Source of the DNA: Desulfomonilia bacterium
GTDB lineage: Bacteria; Desulfobacterota; Desulfomonilia; UBA1062
NCBI GenBank assembly: GCA_963664325.2
Contig: CAXXDQ010000003.1
Coordinates: 1,056,001-1,120,000 of the forward strand
Length of the DNA: 64,000 nucleotides
Reading direction: 5' to 3'
In this document: in pieces, positions 21,101 through 27,700 of the stretch
How positions within the stretch are numbered: position 1 is the stretch's first letter
Layout of the letters: each line of letters begins with the position of its first letter
Position numbers and translations under genes: made by a program
Notes under the pieces: generated by a model
Databases searched by the model: none
Seen by the model: the letters and a program-made list of their open reading frames with translations, nothing else
Told to the model about the DNA's origin: nothing

Positions 21101-24100
21101 GGGATCGGTGCCGCTGCCGTTCAGCGTGGCAAGGGTGTTCCAGGCCACGGTCTGGTTGTCGCCGGCCTCCGCGGTGGGCGGCTGGTTGGTTGCCGTGATC
21201 GTGAGGATATCTGCGGCGCTGTACATGTCGCCGTCGAACACGACCAGGCTGACCGTGTACACGCCCGCCTTATCCGGCAGGAATGTCGGATTCACGATAG
21301 ATGAGCTTGAAAGAGCGGCCGTACTTCCTGCCGGACGGGAGGTAATGGTCCAGGAATAAGTCAGCGGCTGGCTTTCAGGGTCTGAGCTCAGGCTGCCGTC
21401 GAGATTCGCCAGAGCGCCGTAACCATAGATAAGGCTGATATCAGCACCTGCTTCCGCTACAGGCGCATTGTTGGTTACGTTGACTGTCAGAGTATCGGCG
21501 GTGCTTGTCATGACCCCGTCGGACACGACAAGGCTGAGCTCATATACGCCTGACTTGTCCGCTGTAAAGGTCGGATTTGCGATAGCAGCGTTGCTTAGAA
21601 CTGCGGCGCTGCCTGCCGGCTTCGAGATCATGGTCCACGCAAAGGAGAGAGGATAGCCTTCAGGGTCTGTACTGCCGCTTCCGTTCAGGGCTACTGTCTG
21701 GCCGTGAGCCGCGTTTATATCGGTGCCTGCATTGGCCGTAGGTGCCTGATTGGCTGCGGTTACCGTGAGGGTATCGGCGGAGCTGAAGAGATATCCGTCG
21801 CTTACGACAAGGCTGATGACATAAACACCTTGTATATCCGGGATGAAGCTGGCGTTGACATTGGCGGGATTGGTTATCGCAGCAAGGCTGCCCGATGGTG
21901 CCGATATGACTGTCCATGCATAGGTCAATGATGCGCCATCCGGGTCGGAGCTGGCGCTTCCGTCAAGGTTCGCTGCAGCGCCGTAACCGAAGATGATGCT
22001 CTGATCCGATCCGGCCTCGGCCGTTGGCGGATGGTTTGTTACGGTAATGGTTATCGTGTCGGCGGAGCTGAAGAAGGCCCCGTCGGATACGATAAGGCTG
22101 ATCACATAAACGCCTACCAGATCAGGGCTGAAGGTCGGATTCACAAGGCCCGGATTGGTTATGATGGCGCTGCTGCCGGCCGGGGCCGAAGTGATGGTCC
22201 AGGACCATGATATTATCATGGTTCCATTGGGGTCATAGCTTGCGCTGCCGTCAAGAGATGCGGTCTTGCCGGGGAAGCCGAGACTCTGGTCCGCTCCGGC
22301 ATTAGCCACGGGCATGTCGCCGACTGTTAGGGTGAGCGCATCGGCCGGGCTGTAATCGTACCCGTCAAACACGACCAGGGTAATTACATACACGCCTTTC
22401 TTGTCCGGCGTCAGGCTCGGGGTTGCAGTAGAAGGTCCTGTCAGTGCGGCAACGCTGCCGGACGGGGCTGTGGCGATTTCCCATGTATAGGAGAGAGGCA
22501 GGCCTGACGGGGCATGGCTTGCGGTCCCGTCGAAGTTGGCCGTTACGCCGGGGAAGCCGATTTGCTGGTTCGGCCCGGCCTCGGCCGTTGGTCCGGTATT
22601 GACTGCCGTGATGGTAAGGCTGTCAGCGGCGCTGTACATATCTCCGTCATAAACGACAAGGCTGATCACATAGGTGCCTGGCAGGTCCGGGGTGATGGAA
22701 GGATTCACAATGTTGGAGCCGGGAAGAAGTGCTGCATGGCTGCCGTAAGGTGCGCTGGTGATCGTCCACTCATAGGAGAGCGGTGAGGCTTCAGGGTCTG
22801 AGCTTGCGCTTCCGTCAAGGGTTATGGTCTCGCCGGAACCGAATGTGAAGCTGTAGTCAGAGCCCGCTTCGGCCGTAGGTGCGTTGTTGTATACGTTAAT
22901 CTTCATCGTATCCTGGATGCTGTTTGCTTCGCCGTCATTAACGACAAGGCCGATCACGTACTCGCCTTTCCTGTCGGGCAGGAAGGTCGGATTTGCGATT
23001 GCGGTGTTCGATAGCGCGGCAGTGCTGCCGGCCGGGGCCGAGATGATCGTCCAGGCATAGGTCAGCGGGTCGCTGTCCAGGTCGGTTCCGCTCCCGAGGA
23101 GCTGGGCCGTCTTGTTGGGGAAGGCTATGGTGATGTCATCGCCGGCCTCGGCCACGGGTGCGTGGTTTGTGGTAGTGATGACCACCTCATCCGGTGCGCT
23201 TACAATGCCTTCGCTGCATGTCACGATAAGCTGGATGGTATATATGCCCTTCCTGCTTGGCGTGAAAACCGGATTGACGATTGAAGCATTTGAAAGCTGG
23301 CCGATGCCGGTGTCAGGACCGGAAGTTATTGTCCAGGCAAAACTCAGCGAATCGCTGTCCGGGTCTGAGCTGGCGCTGCCGTCGAGCTGGGCCGAAGCGC
23401 CGAATTCGATGGAGGCGTCCGCGCCTGCGTTGGCCACGGGAACGTTGCTGGAGCAGGTTACTATGACCGTGTCCTCGGCGGTAAGGTCGCCGTCGCTCAC
23501 AGTCAGTTTCATTACATATGCGCCCCTTATATCAGGTGTGAAGGTCGGATTTGCGATGGCCGCGTTCGATAGAGCTGCAAGACTGCCGGCCGGGGCCGAG
23601 GTTATCTCCCAGGCAAAAGTCAGGGTGTCGCCGTCCGGGTCTGAGCTCCCGCTCCCGTTGAGTGTGGCGGTTCCACCCAGGGGGACGGTGACATCAGCGC
23701 CGGCATTGGCAACAGGCGCTGTATTGGTTACAGTGATTGTCAGCGTATCCTTGCCGCTGGTAAGAAGGCCGTCGCTCACGATCAGGCCTATTACATAAAC
23801 ACCCGTCTTGTCGGGAGTGAATGTCGGTGTGGCGCTGGTGGGATTTAATATTACGGAGGTGCTGCCGGTTGGTTTCGTGTCGATGGTCCACGCATAGGTC
23901 AGTACGGTTTCAGGGTCCGGATCGGAGCTGCCTGTCCCGTCAAGATGGACTGTCCGGAAGAGGTGGACGGTCTGGTCAGGGCCGGCTTCGGCCGTAGGCG
24001 GACGGTTGCCGGTAGAGGCATTGATGGTGACGGTATCCGTAGCTGTCTTCTCGCCGTCGCTTACTATAAGGGTGACTGTGTATCCGCCCACTAAATCAGG

Positions 24101-24610
24101 CGTAAAGGTCGGATTGACTATATAGGGATCGTCGATCGTGGCGGTGCTGCCTGCCGGCGCAGTGGTGATCGACCAGGTGAAGGTCAGAGGCTGGCTTTCC
24201 GGGTCAGAGCTGGAGCTGCCGTTGAGATGAACCGGGATGCTTGGTGTAGCGTTTTGATCAGGACCTGCATTGGCAATCGGCGGCAGGTTGGTGACCACGT
24301 TCACGTTCCATTGCTTTACGATGATCTTGCCGGAAAGCGAGTCCTTGGTCTGCACCTTCAATATGAAGATGCCCCCGTCCGCTTCAAGGGCCGTGTATTT
24401 ATAAGAGGCCGTTATGGCGCCGGGTATGACCACATTATTTTTGGACCACTCATAAGGCCCGTTCATGAAACCAGACACCGTAAAGGTCTTGCTGGCTCCT
24501 ACGTTCAGTGTGATGGGCACTGATGTTGAAGGGCTGGTGGAAATGATACAGCCGCTCAACCATAGGGCCAAAATGGAAAACATGACCAGCAACATTGAAT
24601 TTCTTCTCAT
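15128..24610 (-). CDS. Giant surface lipoprotein, putative adhesin: Ig-like module + 31 PKD-like repeats + variable tip
   Basis: ORF 15128..24655 (3175 aa); start at MRRNSML (24610) behind GAGGAGG; lipobox LSGC; 31 P.A.AG repeat starts counted; tip TGWESS...YSDDISVTIWN. Confidence 0.9.
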   Translation of the reverse strand: MRRNSMLLVMFSILALWLSGCIISTSPSTSVPITLNVGASKTFTVSGFMNGPYEWSKNNVVIPGAITASYKYTALEADGGIFILKVQTKDSLSGKIIVKQWNVNVVTNLPPIANAGPDQNATPSIPVHLNGSSSSDPESQPLTFTWSITTAPAGSTATIDDPYIVNPTFTPDLVGGYTVTLIVSDGEKTATDTVTINASTGNRPPTAEAGPDQTVHLFRTVHLDGTGSSDPDPETVLTYAWTIDTKPTGSTSVILNPTSATPTFTPDKTGVYVIGLIVSDGLLTSGKDTLTITVTNTAPVANAGADVTVPLGGTATLNGSGSSDPDGDTLTFAWEITSAPAGSLAALSNAAIANPTFTPDIRGAYVMKLTVSDGDLTAEDTVIVTCSSNVPVANAGADASIEFGASAQLDGSASSDPDSDSLSFAWTITSGPDTGIGQLSNASIVNPVFTPSRKGIYTIQLIVTCSEGIVSAPDEVVITTTNHAPVAEAGDDITIAFPNKTAQLLGSGTDLDSDPLTYAWTIISAPAGSTAALSNTAIANPTFLPDRKGEYVIGLVVNDGEANSIQDTMKINVYNNAPTAEAGSDYSFTFGSGETITLDGSASSDPEASPLSYEWTITSAPYGSHAALLPGSNIVNPSITPDLPGTYVISLVVYDGDMYSAADSLTITAVNTGPTAEAGPNQQIGFPGVTANFDGTASHAPSGLPLSYTWEIATAPSGSVAALTGPSTATPSLTPDKKGVYVITLVVFDGYDYSPADALTLTVGDMPVANAGADQSLGFPGKTASLDGSASYDPNGTMIISWSWTITSAPAGSSAIITNPGLVNPTFSPDLVGVYVISLIVSDGAFFSSADTITITVTNHPPTAEAGSDQSIIFGYGAAANLDGSASSDPDGASLTYAWTVISAPSGSLAAITNPANVNASFIPDIQGVYVISLVVSDGYLFSSADTLTVTAANQAPTANAGTDINAAHGQTVALNGSGSTDPEGYPLSFAWTMISKPAGSAAVLSNAAIANPTFTADKSGVYELSLVVSDGVMTSTADTLTVNVTNNAPVAEAGADISLIYGYGALANLDGSLSSDPESQPLTYSWTITSRPAGSTAALSSSSIVNPTFLPDKAGVYTVSLVVFDGDMYSAADILTITATNQPPTAEAGDNQTVAWNTLATLNGSGTDPEAQPLTFAWAITTAPTGSTAALSNPAIANPTFTPNKTGAYVLTLTVSDGVNSASDTVTITVPNTAPTAEAGADQSIFFGLGASVTLNGSGSSDPEGDPLTYSWTITSAPVGSSAALSDPAAIAPSFTPDKKGAYVLSLTVSDGVNVSAADTVTITAYNLAPTANAGADINPLNVGTMATLNGSGTDPESQPLTYAWTITSAPAGSVAVLSNAAIANPSFTPDKPGAYVMSLIVSDGVNFSSADTMTITAPNRAPTAEAGEDQSIFFGLGATATLNGSGSSDPDNDALTYTWTIVSAPSGSSAALVNPSSVSPTLTPDKKGTYLISLVVSDGVNLSAPDAVTITAYNVAPTAEAGENQTVAWNTLATLNGSGTDPEAQPLTYAWTISSAPAGSHAALSNAAIANPAFTPDKTGAYVMSLIVSDGVNFSTADTVTITVPNTAPTAEAGSDQNILFGYGATATLNGSASHDPENDPLTYAWTITSAPSGSLAALSNPAIVNPTLTPDKQGVYVISLVVSDGVNLSAADTVSVTAGNLAPTANAGADQSVLFGYGASVTLSGSGIDPESQPLTYAWTITSAPAGSTAALSNTSIANPTFTPDKMGSYVMSLVVNDGVHSSAPDTMTITSGNLVPTAEAGANQNVLFGYGAAATLSGSGNDPESQPLTYAWTITSAPAGSVAALSNPAIANPTFVPDKLGAYVMSLTVSDGVNTSAADTVTITAYNAAPTANAGDNQTVTWNTLATLSGSGTDPESQPLTYAWTITSRPAGSVAALSNAAIANPTFTPDKSGAYVMSLVVSDGVNFSTPDTMTITVPNTAPIANAGADQNVLFGYGAIATLNGSASHDPEGEPLTYAWTITSRPAGSTVALSNPAIVNPSFTPDKMGAYVISLTVSDGVNLSTADTVTVTAYNAAPTAEAGDNQTVTWNTLATLSGSGTDPESQPLTYAWTITSAPAGSLASLSNPAIANPSFTPDKTGDYVFSLIVSDGVNTSSADTVTINVPNNAPTAEAGPNQNVLFGYGAVVTLSGSGTDPENQTLTYAWTITTRPAGSTVALSNPAIAGPSFIPDRAGEYVLSLVVSDGTNFSSADTLTVTAGNAAPTADAGANQDVVWNTLATLNGNGSFDPEGQPLSFAWTITSAPTGSTATLSGAATVSPTFTPDKSGQYVISLVVNDGVNSSAPDTVTITVANNAPTAEAGSDQSIFFGLGEAATLNGSGSHDPEGDPLTYHWTITSAPIGSAAALSDVNAISPSLTPDMKGVYLISLTVSDGVNVSAADSVTITAYNEAPTAEAGVDQIVVWNTLATLNGSGIDPESQPLTFAWTITSAPAGSVAALSNAAIANPTFTPDKSGAYVMSLTVNDGVNASSADTMTITVPNEAPTAEAGSDQSIFFGTGLTATLNGSGSHDPENETLIYTWAIVSAPSGSSAGLSNVNAIAPTLTPDRKGAYLISLTVSDGVNVSAADFVTITAYNDPPTAEAGPDQNPVYKGQTASLSGSGVDPESQPLYPTWSVISAPSGSTAQPVSTTIWNPTFTPDKKGAFTLRLSVFDGVNTTTDTMTITVPNRAPTAEAGANQSFVNGGTASLSGSGSSDPDSDTLTYAWSITGRPSGSTATLSNAAIVNPTFTPDKKGVYTIQLIVNDGTVSSAADTMTVTATNRAPVAEAGTNQSVYKNTLVNLSGSGSSDADGDALTYAWSVTARPSGSTAALSSTTIVNPTFRPDKSGSYTIQLIVNDGETNSAADTMTITASNRAPTAEAGTGNSALLYANRAVTLNGNGSSDPDGDTLTYAWTQTAGTTVTITNPNTMTPSFTIATPGTYTFSLVVNDGEASSAADTVTFTTSQATYTTGWESSLNDSNGVAWTAYKGSNMGTVGVNGNQKRSGSNGYQISDCNNFLGNCGSGYASVTNYAGKFVISMSAWFYTPVAEKFPADLAGIFEGTTERVHYGGNNSWTQYSWAPNRVVTDITLRMNGTGGATYISHSMYSDDISVTIWN

Positions 24611-24741
24611 CGGATCCTCCTCAATTTTGTATGCATGCAACCATAACGGATGCATGCCCTTTTAAATTCCCTGAAACCCCTCTAACCAAGTTATATATAT
24701 TGAATAAATAATTCCTTATTTCTTATCTCTTGCAAATCAAT

Positions 24742-24770
24742 CAGGGGAAAGGCCTGCGGCCTTCCCCCTG
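24742..24770 (-). terminator. Intergenic stem-loop between the two large PKD genes
   Basis: caggggaaaggcc-tgc-ggccttccccctg; poor U-tract. Confidence 0.55.
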
Positions 24771-24784
24771 TTCTGCATCAAGTT

Positions 24785-27700
24785 TTATCTCCAGACTATG
24801 TACGTGATGTCATCGAAGAACATTTCGTCGGCACCCGAATATATATAGTCATAACCGGCAAAGGCTATGGTTGTGGCCTCACCGTTGCAGTTATAAGGTG
24901 TCGAGCTGGTATCCCCTCTGTAGGCCCAGGTGTTCTTGGAGAAAGTAGGGGCATCATCAGGGCCGATCTCTTTCCAGGCTACACCGTCCTTCAGGAGTTT
25001 TGTATTAATGCTGGAGCCTCCGAATATATTCGGATACCAGTTCAGCCATAAGCTAACTGAAACCAGATAGGCCGGGCTGCCGCCGTTTAAGTTGGTGGTA
25101 ACTATGGTCGTGTTGGATGAGCCGGAACTTATATTCGAGTGTATGTCGAAGGAATAGCTGGCGCTATGACTTCTATCACTGGAGATTCTCCTGTCCACAG
25201 TTCCGATTGCTGTAGTGATGGCCCAGTCGCCCATGCTGTTGTCATCCCAGTTCTTGGTGACTGTTACAAGGGCCGCCGTAGTGAGGGTGACTGTGCTGGC
25301 GCCGCTGCTTACCGTACCGTCATTCACGGTCAGGCTGATCACGTAGGTGCCCGGCCTGGTGAGGTTGGCGGTCGGTGTCGCGCTCGTTGGATTGGTAATG
25401 GTTGCGGTATTTCCGCTCGTCACTCCGGAGTATGGCGTGAAGGATGTGATCGACCAGGAGTAGGTCAGCGAGTCGCCGTCCGGGTCAGAGCTGCCGCCGC
25501 CATTGAGGCCGACCGCGCGACCGGCGTATGCTATGTTGCTGACGGCAGAACCGGCATTGGCCGTAGGCGCCCTGTTGGGTGTGGTGATGATCATGGTATC
25601 GGCAACGCTGGTGTTAACCCCGTCGGACACGACCAGGCTTAAAGTATAGGAACCTTTCTTGTCCGGCGTGAATGTCGGATTGAAGATGTTAATGTTGGAA
25701 GGCTGTGCAGTGCTTCCTGACGGCCGTGCGGTGACTGACCATGTAGGTGTCAGGGGCTGGCCTTCATCATCAAAACCGCTCCCGTTCAGTGTCGTTGCTA
25801 CACCTACGTACAGAGGGTTGACATCAGCGCCGGCATTGGCCGTCGGGGCTGCATTGTAGAACATGATGCTGACCGTGTCGGCTGTGCTTGCGTTGACCCC
25901 GTCGTTCACAACCAGGCTGAGCACATACGAACCCTTCACGGTCGGTGTAAAGACCGGACCCGCTATGTTGGCATTGGACAGCTGGCTGATGCTGGTGTTC
26001 GGTCCGGAGGTGATGGTCCACGCGTAGGTGAGCGGCTGGGATTCCGGGTCGGTGCCGCTGCCGGCAAGTGTTGCCGTGGCGCCTGAACCGGAGAAGAAGA
26101 CGCTCTGGTTCGAGCCGGCTTCGGCCGTTGGTGCCACGTTGTAGGCCGTGATTGTTACCGCATCGGATGCGCTCAGGTTGACACCATCTGATACGACCAG
26201 GGTGATCAGGTACGCGCCCTTCTTATCCGGGGTAAGGGTCGGGTGTATCGCGTGGATATCGGAAAGGGAAGCGCTGCTGCCTGACGGTGAGGATACGATG
26301 GCCCAGGTGTAGGTCAGGGTATCGCCCTCCGGGTCGTGACTGGCGCTGCCGTCAAGCGTGGCCGTCAGGCCTGTGCCGAAAAAGATGTTCTGGTCAGGCC
26401 CTGCTTCGGCAGTCGGCGCATTGTTGGGCACGGTGATTGTTAACGTATCGGTTACGGTGTTGACCGCGTCGGATACGGAGAGAGTGAGCACGTACGAGCC
26501 TGACTTGTCAGGTGTGAAGCTCGGGGTAAGGGTGGACGCGCCGGAAAGTGCGGCGGTGCTGCCGAACGGTGCGCTGGTGATGGTCCACACATAGGTCATG
26601 GGCTTTGATTCAGGATCGGTGGCGGTCCCGCTGAGCGTGGCCAGCGTGTTCCAGGTAACGGTCTGATTGGAACCGGCATCTATCGTCGGCGCCACGTTGT
26701 AGGCCGTTATGGTGACCGCATCGGCGGCGCTTACATTGACCCCGTCGGATACGGTGAGGGTGATCAGATATGTACCCTTCTTGTCAGGTGTCAAGCTTGG
26801 GGATACAGCAGCCGGGTCGGAAAGTGCTGCTGCGCTGCCCACAGGGGCGCTGGTGATGGTCCACGAGTAGGTCAGCGGGTCGCCTTCGGGATCGGAGCTT
26901 GCGCTCCCATTAAGGGTGGCCGTTTCACCCAGGCCGAAGAAGATGTTCTGATCGGCACCTGCTTCCGCTGTCGGCGCATTGTTGGGTACGGTTATGGTTA
27001 CTGTATCAGTTGCGGTGTTTACACCGTCGGATACGGTCAGTGTGATTACGTATGCCCCGGTCTTGTTCGGGGTGAAAGAAGGAGATGCTGTGGCCGCGCC
27101 GGAAAGTGTTGCTGTGCTGCCTGTCGGGGCCGATGTGATAACCCATGCATAGGTGATCGGGTACGCCTCGGGATCGAAGCTACCGCTGCCGTTGAGCGTG
27201 GCCAGGGTGTTCCAGGCGACGGTCTGATTGTCGCCGGCCTCGGCATGGGGTGCCGCATTAGCTGCAGTGATGGTGAGGGTATCCGGGGTGCTGTACGTAT
27301 CACCATCGTAAACGACAAGACTGACTGTGTACTCGCCCGCCTTATCCGGAAGGAAGGTCGGATTGACTATTGTTGAGCTGGAAAGTGCAGCCGTGCTGCC
27401 TGCCGGACGGGCGGTGATAGTCCATGCATAGGTCAGAGGCTGGCTTTCCGGATCGGAACTCAGGCTCCCGTCGAGGTGCGCCAGGGCGCCGTAACCGAAG
27501 ATAAGGCTGATGTCCGCACCGGCATTGGCTATTGGCGCATTGTTGCTAACGATAACGGTTACCGTATCCGCGGCGCTGGTCATGACTCCGTCGGAAACGA
27601 CAAGGCTGATCACATAGGACCCCGACTTATCTGCGATGAAGGTCGGATTTACGATGGCCGGGTTGGAAAGTGCAGCCGTGCTTCCTGACGGACGAGAAGT

